This document shows positions 52,259-63,200 of a stretch of DNA of 64,000 bases, piece by piece (the stretch's first letter is position 1; the number at the start of each line of letters is the position of its first letter). The translations under genes and the position numbers were made by a program. Source of the stretch: Hydrolagus colliei (taxonomy: Eukaryota); assembly GCA_035084275.1 (NCBI GenBank), contig CM068757.1, positions 7,750,001-7,814,000 on the forward strand, written 5' to 3'. Under the pieces are notes generated by a model. That model worked only from the letters and a program-made list of their open reading frames with translations, was not told the DNA's origin and made no database searches.

Positions 52259-52578
52259 AACATCTCACTGGACAACCCACTGACCCCCCCAAACTCCAAC
52301 TCTCCGCCCCCACTGAAGGATACCGAGGACCTCACAGCCGCTCCTACCCTGTCACCTGACAAAGGCAGCCCCCCACCCACCCAGGACAAGAAACCTTTTG
52401 ACATCAGTGAGATCGGGACCCGTCCTCACAAGGCTCCTGCAGTACTGGGCATCCCGGCCTTTGAGAATGAGGACTGGTGCGCAGTGTGTCTGAACGGTGG
52501 AGAGCTCCTGTGCTGTGATCGCTGCCCCAAGGTCTATCACCTGGGCTGCCACGTGCCAGCTCTGCTCAGCTTCCCAAT
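52259..52578 (+). CDS. TRIM66: TRIM66 exon 15: Pro-rich segment and N-terminal PHD finger ([38 protein letters not shown])
   Basis: Pyrimidine tract then ttgaag|; AAT|gtaagt donor; phase 0 to 2; C4HC3 PHD pattern. Confidence 0.93.
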
Positions 52579-53299
52579 GTAAGTCTATCTGCAGTCGCCT
52601 GACCTTTCAGCCTTGCTTGAGTCACCCTCCCCCCTGACAGAGCAGCTTGGTTTATTGTACGTTGCCACAATGGCCTAGAGAGGATCTGGAGGACTTGAGC
52701 TGTCTAGGAGCTGTCCAGATATAACGGTTGTCCAGTTTGTGTGTGGGATTGAAGCTATTGTCAGTTGAACAGTCTCTTACCCTGAGTAAAGCAGCAAACC
52801 TGGCTGTATAATTGTATGTAAATCTCATGCCAGCTCCACCAGTTTATTTTCCCGTTAATTCTGGGATAAACATTTGGAGTTTAATTTTGTACCTACTCTT
52901 GTGTTATTGATTGTTTTTTTTTACCCTTTGTTGAGGGGCTTGCAGTTTCTCTGCAGCGGCAATGAGAGCCAGGAGCAAATATCCAGCAACAAAAAGAATT
53001 TGAGTTCACAGTAGAAACAATGCATATTTAAGAAGAATAAAAGTGAAGTGCAATGGAACAGAGTGAGAAATAGATGGAATAGCTGAGCAAAATTAATTTA
53101 TTTTGCGTTAACTTGTATTTTTAAACTTATTTTGCATTGTTGGAAGTTTCTCTTGACTGTTGAGGAGTGTTCGGCCTCGCAGTGTGCGAAGTGACAACCG
53201 GTCGAGCCAGGGAGACCGAGGTTGTTTCCCTGCCTCTGCGGGCTGTGCGAGAACGTGTTTCTCTGCTGGGCTGTGCGTTCAACATGGGCTGTGTTGCAG

Positions 53300-53432
53300 G
53301 GGGGAGTGGCTGTGTATGCTGTGCCGTAGTGTGGTGATGCCGGAGGTGGACTATGACTGTGAAAACACCCGACACATTAACGAGCACCGGGGGAAGAGGA
53401 CATTACAGGGTCTGTCCATCAGCGACCAGCGG
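53300..53432 (+). CDS. TRIM66: TRIM66 exon 16: PHD C-terminus and linker (GEWLCMLCRSVVMPEVDYDCEN...GLSISDQR)
   Basis: ttgcag| acceptor, CGG|gtgagt donor, phase 2 to 0. Confidence 0.95.
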
Positions 53433-53705
53433 GTGAGTAACAACCACAGCAAAACTACGTTTATACATCGCCTTTCATGTCGATAGGATGTCGGAAGTTG
53501 CTGGACAGTTAAGGGTTGCACCCGAGCCAGGTGTTGGAATCGAGAGGAGTTCATCACGCGCATTTAAGCGCTCTGAGACGCCGTCCGGCGTGGAGGGCGC
53601 TATCTACATCGAAGTTGTTGTTGTCATCATTGCTTTGTAGTGACCGGGGATGTAACGTAATGTTGATATGTTATGTGATTGACGGTGGCTTTATGTCATT
53701 TGCAG

Positions 53706-53780
53706 AAATGTGAGAAACTGACCTTGTACCTTCACTGCCACCAACTGAGCATGCCCTTCCACGAGCCGGTCAGCCCTCTG
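53706..53780 (+). CDS. TRIM66: TRIM66 exon 17: bromodomain helix Z (KCEKLTLYLHCHQLSMPFHEPVSPL)
   Basis: ttgcag| acceptor, CTG|gtgagt donor, 75 nt, phase 0 to 0. Confidence 0.95.
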
Positions 53781-54538
53781 GTGAGTAAAGCTGGTTCCCG
53801 TGTCCGTGTAACCATGTGGCCAGTGAGGGATGGGAAGGGTCGCAGTGTACGTAGTGTGTGGTAGGCGTGTGACTCTCGTGCACATAGTGTACAGTCAATG
53901 CATGAGTACAATGCTGTTAAACAACTAGCTGTTTCTGATATGAAACGCAGATAAAGGCGTTGTGTTGTTGCAATGTCTACACAATCTGCGAAAGCACCGT
54001 GTGAGAGGAGATGGGATTGTCACACTAGTAAATACCAAGTCTTGTTCATGTTGTGTGAAGAAACAGCAAAGCGTTTCAGGTGTAAAGGGTGGGGGAAGAA
54101 TGAAAAGAGGCAAAGTTTTTTCTCCCTTTTTCTTCCCTCTCGCGAGTTTATGAGTGCGGTCAGGCTGACACCGCCCTCACCAAACATCCGCACAGGAGAA
54201 TTTCACTTACAAAATACACAGTCAGTCCACTTTGCAGTATACTGTGTGTGATGGGCATTGAGACGTCTCGATGACGAGAAAAGGCGGTCCATCAAATGCA
54301 TGTATTATTAATTTTAGGGCAGGAGTCTGAGGTATTGTTTGCTGATGTTAGTTGTATCCTCCCAATTATCATTCTCCTCTCTGAGATTCAGTTCAGATCC
54401 ATTTTGCGAAGCAGAAACCAGGGACAGGACGTGAGAATTCCTGGTGTCTGTAGTTCCATTTCGCCATGGGGTGACGGCTTCACCACCGAGGGTGGAGAAA
54501 GGTAATAATATTTCTCAAAGTGGACTCTTTTTGTTCAG

Positions 54539-54691
54539 GCTCGCCATTACTACCAGATCATTAAGAGGCCAATGGATCTCTCTGCCATCCGGGCAAAGCT
54601 TCAGAAGAAGAATTCCCTGCATTACTACACTCCTGAGGAGTTTGTGTCTGACGTCCGACTCATGTTCATGAACTGCGCCAAGTTCAATTAC
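54539..54691 (+). CDS. TRIM66: TRIM66 exon 18: bromodomain core ([21 protein letters not shown]...[13 protein letters not shown])
   Basis: ttcag| acceptor, TAC|gtaagt donor; conserved acetyl-lysine-anchoring Asn (KFN) present. Confidence 0.96.
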
Positions 54692-55163
54692 GTAAGTCTC
54701 CAGGTCTCTGCGATGTCTCTGCTGTGTATTGTTTCCCTCGGGTATGCTCCAGTGTTTGCGTGCAGTGAGTGAGGACAGCGCTGTGAGTACATAAGAATTT
54801 TATGGATACGGTGTCTTTCAAAACGGGAGGTTCAGCACTTTGCTGCCCAAGATCCTGAGCTGGGGAGAATGCCTGTAAGCTGTTTTGGCTTTCCAGATCA
54901 ATATGTTTAAAAATAAAACTCCAGCATCTAATGTTATCAACGCACCTCCAAAATATATCGTCACTAGTTCTCAGTGAAGTGCTTTGAGACATCCTCCCAG
55001 CACAAAAGGTGCTTATGTGGAATGCAAGGATTATTAGAATTGTCAATTCAACAGACGCAAGTTACAGACAATAACTTGTGGTGAGTGTGTGTGGACGGAT
55101 GTGTGTGTGGACGGAGCTAAAATCCCTGATATTTGTTTCAAACTGTGTCCTTATCACCTGCAG

Positions 55164-55418
55164 GCGGATTCGGAGGTGGCTCAAGCTGGGAAGAGCCTGG
55201 AAATATATTTCGAGGAGAAACTGAAAGAAGTTTATGTGAACTTGTCGGTCACTGCACAGGAAGATTCTGACTTCGAAGAGATCGACAACGTGAACGGCTC
55301 TGTCACGGTCAATGGCTTCACTTGGCCTTCGGAGGAGAAGGAGTCAGTGAAACGCAAGAGGAAACGTCGGTACGGTTCGAGCCACAGAGACGGCCACAGG
55401 AAGGGGAGTCGCTCCTGA
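55164..55418 (+). CDS. TRIM66: TRIM66 exon 19: bromodomain helix C, acidic stretch, basic NLS-like KRKRKRR, stop
   Basis: ctgcag| acceptor, phase 0; ADSEVAQAGKSLEIYFEEKLKEVY; TGA at 55416-55418. Confidence 0.92.
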   Translation, partial: ADSEVAQAGKSLEIYFEEKLKEVYVNLSVTAQEDSDFEEIDNVNGSVTVNGFTWPSEEKESVKRKRKRRYGSSHRDGHRKGSRS

Positions 55419-56231
55419 ATGTGGACCATGTGGATCACAAATCCTCCTGTCCCTGTTGGCACATTCTGCTCTGTTCGGTTTTCATCCAAAAACCTGAATG
55501 TAAGAATTGCCTTTTTTTTTTTCGCCCCCCTCGTTGATGATTGATACCAGAAGCAGCTGAGAATCGGAAAAGATCCACATGACTTTTTTTACTCCATGAT
55601 TTGCCGTACAGCACAGGCAGCCTCCGCACTATATTACTGACACCCAGTGATCGTGTTCGCGTCAACTGCTGAGTGCAGGAATGGGGAGGGGAGCAGGGCA
55701 GGTGTCTCCAGGACACCCGACGCAGTTTGTCCTGATTGGCATGGAATCTGTTCTTTGTTGGAATGCGGACGGAATGATGATTCATTCAAGCGTCTTATTC
55801 CCCCCACCACGCACGCACGCACTGACGCAAACTGATGATTGTCTGGGCAATGAAACTGCTGTTCAGCCCCATGAAATGTGAGCTGTGTTTCCTTATGGAA
55901 GGTTCATTAAGATATCAGGTAGTCCTCTTGCGTCTTTGCTTCCTGTACTCTACGGAGCCGAGGACTTGCGGACCATTTTACAGAGCTAACAGATCATCAC
56001 TGCATTTGATTGTTGGCTCTCGCCCGCGCCCCAACCACCTGAATGTGGCAGTGTTTAGAATAGCTGTTGATTTAGCTTTGGATTATTTTATTTTTATATA
56101 TTTGTTAACGAACAGAGTGACAGTTAGTCATTCGTGGATTCTTAACTTGGTAAACTCGTTTATATTGAGTTTGATTGTAAAGCCTTTTGGAGCTGTGGAT
56201 TTTTCTGTTGCCCCCCCCACCTCCCCCCCAT

Positions 56232-56535
56232 GGAGTCCTGTAGCTCAGTGGTTAGAGCACTCGCCTCGCAAGTGAAACACCTGGGTTCGATTCCCAGCAG
56301 GGCAAATTGTTGGGCAACTTTCCTTACGACACCCGACTAATGATAATCATTCAAGAAAAAAAAAATTGGTCACGCAATCCATGACTGTTTGTGGGACACT
56401 CTATGCACCATTGGCTATCACATTTCGCCCAAAGCTACAGAGTCAATTCACTTTACAGTATATTGTGTGAAGCCCTCGAGACGTCTCAAAGATGTGAAAA
56501 GGGCAATATCAAATGCAAAGATGATTTTTATTATT
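56232..56535 (+). mobile_element. tRNA-derived SINE family A, full length, in the putative TRIM66 3'UTR
   Basis: A box tagctcagtgg, B box ggttcgattcc, core and tail to caaatgcaaagatgattttt. Confidence 0.88.
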
Positions 56536-57208
56536 ACCCCCACACAGATCATATTCCATTGCCTCCAACACTATGATACACTCCAGGTAGCTACGACAAC
56601 TTTCGTCTTTCTACCTTTTTAATTGCTTTTATTTCCAGTTTGGAGGGGAAAATGGAAGGTAAGATGCCAGGATAAGAGGAAGCATTTCCTGAGAGCACTT
56701 GCTGTAGGTAATAGATTGGCAAACTCCGACTAAACCAGCTATGGTTACCTTAAGTTTCTGCCCAGGATGCAGTGTGTGAGCGCCTCCTGCTGGCTATGGT
56801 GAGAATTTCATTTAGCAGATTGCTATCACTGGGGAGAGAGACCTGGGAGTGCCACACAAAGCCTAGGTTGATCGCTGTGGATGACCGAAAATAGAGGTGT
56901 ACGCCTTCATTGTCTGAATGTATAGGCTTTTTCTTAGATTATAGTAACTTGTTAAATAGCAAAGAGTTTCTATTATTCAATCGGCTTTCTTTGTTATCTG
57001 TCAGAATAGAATAGAAACCGCTTCACCTCCATATGTTCGCCTGTTGGCAGACTCTGTTTCTAATAAGGAGAGCTACACTTGATAGCAATGTCTGACCTAG
57101 TACAGTAGATGGCTATAGATTCCTAAATGCCAGAGGCTATAATGATATTGAAGTTACACAGAGCTGTCGGACAGTTGTCTATTTAATGCAATTGTACCAT
57201 GACTGATG

Positions 57209-57214
57209 AATAAA
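57209..57214 (+). terminator. Candidate polyadenylation signal AATAAA for TRIM66 (3'UTR about 1.8 kb)
   Basis: First AATAAA I noticed downstream of the stop, with a TGTA motif about 15 nt upstream. Confidence 0.5.
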
Positions 57215-59050
57215 ATTTGAAAGAAAGCTTGATTTCTACACATCTTAGGTGTTCACCTGCAAAATACAGTCACTACACCGTTATCGTAAATCCCGTGAAG
57301 CATGCTATGAGATGTCCTCCTGATGTGAAGAGGACTGATTGAAATGGAAGGATTGTTATTGCATTCCCTCCATCCAGGGTGTCGCTAACTTCTAAGGCTC
57401 TGTTATTTTGGCAGCTGTGGGAATTACCTCTGTTCTCATCAGTGGACTATTCCACACATGCTTCCACCAGCTCCATCTGCTCCTCCAGTTGCTTTGTTGC
57501 ATTTTCAAGATCATCTCCCTCAAGGGGTTCTACAATATTTCATGCCCATTCCTAGCCAGTCAGTCTCGTTCTCTAAGGGAGTGTGGATGGTGGGACTGCC
57601 TCTTTGAACGTGGGTGGTGGTTCTGCCTTTTTAAGGTAGTGCTGATGCCTTTAAGGATTTGTGGACAGATTCCTGGTGTGTATGTGTGTATGGAAATATT
57701 AGAGTAGAAGTTTTGTTGATCAAGAAGAAGAACGAGAAAGCGATCCACAAACAATAGATAACCTTCTAAGTTTTTTTTCGGAAAACCTGTAACTGACCAA
57801 GGAGGTGGAAGAAATTCACCTCTGAGCCATTTTTGGTCAAGATCCAATGTCATCTTCAGTGGAACATTTGGATTCCCCCAATTCTCTTTATTAACGGTTT
57901 ATTCCATGTCCTCATAGTTGCCAATATAAGCCATTTGCTTTTAATTTCTGTGCAGCCAAGCCGGCATAGAAAGTGGTGGAGTTTAATTCAAACTCATGGT
58001 TCAGACCACAATAGATTTTATTTCCAGTCAGTGATTTTCAGCTCCAGCCAGTGTCGATGTGCCAAACTTCCATTCGCTTGTCCAGCAGAAGTCATGTGGC
58101 ATTGATCTGTAAACAAAACTCCATGAGTCAAACCAACCTTCCTACTGAATAATATTAATTGAGTTGTTTGGCTGCTGTGAGTTTATGAAAACCACATGGT
58201 TGATCTCATTAGCTGCTGTGTTATTTCAGACCAGGCGAACTACCTGGAGCCAAAATAATCATTCTTCTTCACTCAGTCCATGACTGTTTGTGGGACATTG
58301 CTGTGTGCAATTGGCTGCCACGTTTTGTCCGCAAAATATACAATCAATTCACTTTACAGTATATTCTGTGGAGGTTTGAGAAGTCTTGAAGACGTGATAA
58401 CACACTATCAAATGCAAGATTTATTATTATTCTTGTTATTAAAACACTAGAGCGTCAAGGACACATGAGTCCAGCAGCTACAGTTGCTGCCTCACAATTA
58501 GCTGGAGGTTTGAGTCTGTAAGGACACTGGGTGCTACACTGAGTTATATTGCCCTTCACCCTCTCATACCTGCTTTCACCCGAATTGCTGATGGGGGATG
58601 TATCCTCTCTCTCTCTCCCCCTGCTGGCTGTAAGGTTCCTGAATAAAATTAAATTAACATTTGCAATCTGTGGGTCATTGCCCAATACTGTCAATCTAGC
58701 TCAATTGGTTCAAACCTGATTTGGGAATCAGGTTCTATGTGTCTTATAAAACAGTGTAACACTGCACTCTACAGCAAATGGTGTGAAGTGCTTTGAGACG
58801 CTTTCCTGGTGTGAAAGACACTATGTCAAATACAAGGATTATTATTTGAAACTTCTCTTTTTGTCACATATTTAGGCAAGGTTTAATATAAGCATTTCTA
58901 AAAAAAAATGAGCTTTATGCTGGCTGAAAGTGATGACAAATCTGCTGTATATAGTGATATTCACTGAATTGATTATTCTTCCTAAAGTTTCCAAAGAGAG
59001 GTGTGAGTTTGTTTCAAGATAATCATGTGCATGTCCAATGCCTCCGTCGT

Positions 59051-59355
59051 GGAGTCCTGTAGCTCAGTGGTTAAGAGCGCTCGCCTTGTAAGCGAGAGAC
59101 CTAGGTTTGATTCCCAGCAGAGCAAAACCATGGGCAAGTTTCCTTACTCCACACGCCTGATAATAATCCTTCAAGAAAATAATAATAAATTGCTCACTGC
59201 AATCACAACTATTTGTGGGACGCTGCTGCGTGCAATTGGCTCGCGCATTTTGCTCACAAATATACAGTCAATTCACTTTACAGTGTATTCTGTGAGATGC
59301 TTTGAGACATCTAGAAAATGTGAAAAGCACTACAACAAATGCAAGCATTATTATC
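59051..59355 (+). mobile_element. tRNA-derived SINE family A, full length
   Basis: ggagtcctgtagctcagtggttaagagcgctcgccttgtaagcgagagacctaggtttgattccc head; gggcaagtttccttactccacacgcc core; tail. Confidence 0.88.
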
Positions 59356-60904
59356 CTTGTCATCTGGAAAGCTTTACAAGGTCTTTATAAATCCAGATTG
59401 CTGCATTTGGCTCCCACTGGAACAGTAGCAGAGAATCTGAAGTGAGGATGAGAGTTGGAATTGAGGTGAATGAACAAAACTCCAGCTTCCCAACCAGTTC
59501 TCGGGGAAGAAAAGTGTGAAGAGCGATGGGGGAAGAGGGCCAGGTAATGAGCGAAATCATCCAACGCAAAGATACAGTTCCCTACTCCCCCGTTGGCTGT
59601 TTCACTGCTTCCCTCTGTTGGCCTTTGTACCTCACTGCATCTTCCCATTGATATTGATGATAATAATAATAATCCATTTTATATACATTTTATATAGTGC
59701 CTTATCAAGTCTTAGAGACCTCAATGCGCTTCACAGAATATGAATGTGGAAGCTTCGCACTGGATAATCACACACCTTTCTTCAGAGGTTTACTTCAAAT
59801 GATTTACACACTTTATATTTGAAGTTGGAAAGTTGGTGTTGCTTCCCAATAAGTTCAATTGAATTATTTAAACTTGCGCTGATGTGAAAATACCCTGGAC
59901 TTTACTATCATGAATAACCAGTAATATTTTGGGTTTGACAGTCTGTATATACAGTGTGTGTATATGTATATATATATATATGTTACACATACACATCAAT
60001 ATAATATCAGCTTTAAAGTCAGGAGGATATCTCAAAGTCCAACAGAGGATATATTGTAACATGTGACTTTTTTCTATAGATGGCGCTTGGTGGGGGATGG
60101 TAGTGGTGGGCAGGATGTTGTGGGGACTATGAGACTGAAACCCGCCCAGGTTAGTCCTAGAGTTAGTCACATCAATCTTCTCTTCAACTTGGTGTCTCAC
60201 CCGATCTGAGGCACACAGAATATACTGTTCAATGTTGTGTTTGAATGTACTCCTTTGAGTTTTGAGACCAGGAATGTAAGTGGGAGCGGTTATTATGTTG
60301 GACAGTAACATATTGAATGCAGGCTCTAGTCTTGCCAGCAAGACGGCACATTCTAGCACAGCCCAAAGTTCTCACTTCCTCAACCCCTCCATCTTGCCCC
60401 CTCCCTAGCTCCCTAATTTCAAATCCCACTGAAAGACAGACCTTCCATTTGATCATCGATATGGTCACCCTCCCTCTCCCCCTGGTTTGGAGACAGACAC
60501 CACTGTCAAGCACTTCAGGACGTTACACTGTGTGAAGGGTGCTACATAAATGCAGGTTATTGTTGTCTAGTTCATGGTTAGTGAGATGCTTTTGTTACTT
60601 GTGATAGTTTACATGCTCAGGAATGAATTCTTCCCTCCTCACTGCCCATCTGAAATTCTGGTATTCTGAAGATTTCATCTGAGCAGCATCCTCAAGATCA
60701 GCCTTGGACAGCAAAACAGATCTAACATCAGTGGGGAATGTGCTGGTGTTTCTGGCTGGAATTTGTGCGTACGTCTGTGGAGGTCAGGTTTAATCAACGA
60801 GAGAATACATTGCCAAAGCAATCATCACCAGCGGTTGCAAAGTAACAAGTGTGTGAAGAAAATGGCAATTAAAGATCTGGGGGCCTGGAAATTACTTGAG
60901 TTAA

Positions 60905-61540
60905 CTAGGGGTGGGGGGTGTTTCAGGGTAGGGGGAAGGAGAGTAGTAAAGTGGGGAGAGTTAGGAGGGGAGCAGAAGGCACGGTCGAAAAGGCAGGCCT
61001 TGAGACCGGCCTTGAAGGAGGAAAGGGAGGAAGCGAGGCGAAGGGATTGCGGGATGGAGTTCCAGAGTGTGGGGGAAGAGAGGCTGAATGCCTAGCCACT
61101 GATGGTTGGGCGGTTCGGGTAGGGGACGTAGAGCAGGGTAGAGCCTGCTGAACAGAGGGCAGGCTGATAGGGAGACAGCATGTCAGAGAGATAGGCGGGG
61201 GCAAGGCCATGTACAGCCTTGTAAGTGAGGACAAGGATCTTGAATTCGACCCTCTGGGGGATGGGGAGACAGTGCAGATGGGCGAGGGTGGGAGTGATGT
61301 GGTCGTGGAGCCTATTGCGGGAGAGCACACGAGCTGCAGCGTTCTGAATAATCTGCAGCTTGCGAAGGGAGGAGCTGTGAAGGCCGACGAGGAGAGAGTC
61401 CCTGTAGTCAAGCCTCAATGTGATGAACGTGTGGATGAGTGTTTTGGCAGCAAGGGGGGTGACGTAGTGGCGGAGTCTGGCAATGCTGCGGAGGTGGTGG
61501 AAGGCTGTACTGGTCATGGCGCGGATTTGCGAGAGGAACA
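60905..61540 (-). mobile_element. L2-clade LINE fragment, ORF2 C-terminus
   Basis: AFHHLRSIARLR...AAKTLIHTFITLRLDY...KLQIIQNAAARVL...HITPTLAHLHCLPIPQRVEFKILVLTYKAVHGLAPAYLSD is a typical L2 ORF2 end. Confidence 0.92.
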
Positions 61541-61924
61541 AAGTAAAATACATCGTCGAGGTTGCTCTATGTTTGGCATTGTTGAGTACATGACTGAATA
61601 TTCCATGTTGATTTAGTACTGCTGCTGTTGCCTGGATAACCGTAGTTGAGGTGGGACTGGGTGATCAAAGGTAGCACAGGTGGTTAGTTTTCCTTCTAAC
61701 TCAAGGGATTTGTGACAGATATCAAGCCTGGAGAAGAGGCTCTGACTCACAATACACTCACTTGGAACCTGGTTGTTAGTCGATTGGTGAATTATTTTTC
61801 TGGGGATAATAATTCCTTCCAAATTTTGTTCAAAAAATAATAATTGGTCACTCAATCCACGACTGCTGTGGCTATTGTGTTTTGCCCACAAAATATAGAG
61901 TCTATTCACTTTACAGTATATTCG

Positions 61925-62746
61925 GTGAGTGGGGGACACGGTGTGGGGGGGGGTAAGCATACCCCTGGGGATACTTCAAAGGGTCATAGGATGATTCAGG
62001 GAATGCAAAAATAGGAATGAAAGTAAAATAATGATCTCTAATTGTTTTTTTAATGGTACATTTTATCTCTAAATCGTTATGCATCAATATTTCATTTTTG
62101 TTTAGCAGCTGAAAGTTCACACTCTGACTATCATTGTATCAGAATTATCATCCATAATAATAATAATTCTTGAATTTGATATAGCGCTTTTCATATCTTC
62201 TGAATGTCTCAAAGTATTTCACAGAAAATACTGTACTGTAAAGTGAATTGACTATATATTTTGTGGGTGAAATGCGGCAGCCAATTGCGCACATTATAAT
62301 AATAAGAATTTGGTCACTTGATCCAAGACTGTTTGTGTGACACTGCTGTGCACTGCCGTGTTTCACCCACAAAATATGCAGTCAATTCACTTGACAGTTT
62401 GCTCTGTGAAGCACTATGAGATGTCTTAAGGATATTATATGATGTTATATCAAATCATGGATAATTAAAATCCAATGTATGTATCTTTTGATTCTGTACA
62501 TAAACAGATTTGTACTGAAAAGTTTTAAGCATTACTGTTTGGTATTCTGTCGTTAAACCAGCAGTTTGTCTGTCCCAAACTGTTGTGACATATAGTGTAT
62601 TATATAATAAATAACCAAAAAAAATTACATTTGTTAATCAGGTTATTCTGTCATTTAATGCAACTGTAGTAACAGTCAGTAGAATGAAAATCGCAAAAGG
62701 GTAACTTGAGCAGAAACCTTCAGACAGAAGAGTTTGAAAACCACTG
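61925..62746. mobile_element. Putative non-autonomous hAT/Charlie-like element interrupted by SINE pieces
   Basis: Right end aagagtttgaaaaccactg resembles a Charlie-type TIR; left subterminal gggggtaagcatacccctgggg; left TIR not visible. Confidence 0.4.
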
Positions 62747-62859
62747 CTTTAATGGAATCAACGTATACACAGTAAAGATGAAACCAAAAACACTGGTAAG
62801 AGTTTTAAAACCGTGTGAGGTGCCACATTTCCTGTAGTGTGCTACATTTCCTGCCGAAA

Positions 62860-63200
62860 TGACAGAAGATGTCTTTAGGATTCTAAAGGGGCAAGATTAC
62901 ATAGACCATGACAGGCTGTTTCAATTTATCCAGTTTAGTAAAACCAGAGGACATGGCCTGAGATTGAAGGGGGCTAAATTCAGAACAAATCTACACCAAC
63001 ACTACTTCAGTGAGCAAAAAGTAAACCCGTGGAATACGCTGCCTAGCGAGACGGTTGAAGCAGGAAGTGTTGATTCTTTCAAATACAGATTGGAAAGTTT
63101 TGTTTGACATTATGGAATGTAATACATGGGTAGTTTGGGACACGTGTGCATGCGATCGCCAGGAAGGTGGAAGGCGACCTAGATGGACTTTTTTCATCCA
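62860..63200 (+). mobile_element. CR1 LINE 3' fragment, different subfamily
   Basis: VFRILKGQDYID...KTRGHGLRLKGAKFRTNL...YFSEQKVNPWNTLPSETVEAGSVDSFKYRLE is a CR1 ORF2 C-terminus. Confidence 0.85.

Larger units (their letters stand above)
2507..55418 (+). other. TRIM66: TRIM66 (TIF1-delta) gene model, 19 coding exons, 3750-nt CDS, 1249 aa: RING-Bbox1-Bbox2-coiled coil-linker-PxVxL-PHD-bromodomain
   Basis: Exons joined by hand. All 18 introns are GT-AG and the phases match, giving one open frame. Segments such as [67 protein letters not shown] and [24 protein letters not shown] match my recollection of vertebrate TRIM66 better than TRIM24/28/33. Confidence 0.92.

Noticed and set aside
55360-55380. 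Possible extra intron after KRKRKRR leading to a further last exon
   Set aside because: Candidate donors are weak, I found no convincing downstream exon, and the frame reaches a stop normally at 55418.
56232-56305. Apparent tRNA gene (also 59051-59125 and 16310-16386)
   Set aside because: Continues directly into the SINE core and tail, has no oligo-T terminator, and the anticodon is inconsistent among copies. These are SINE heads.
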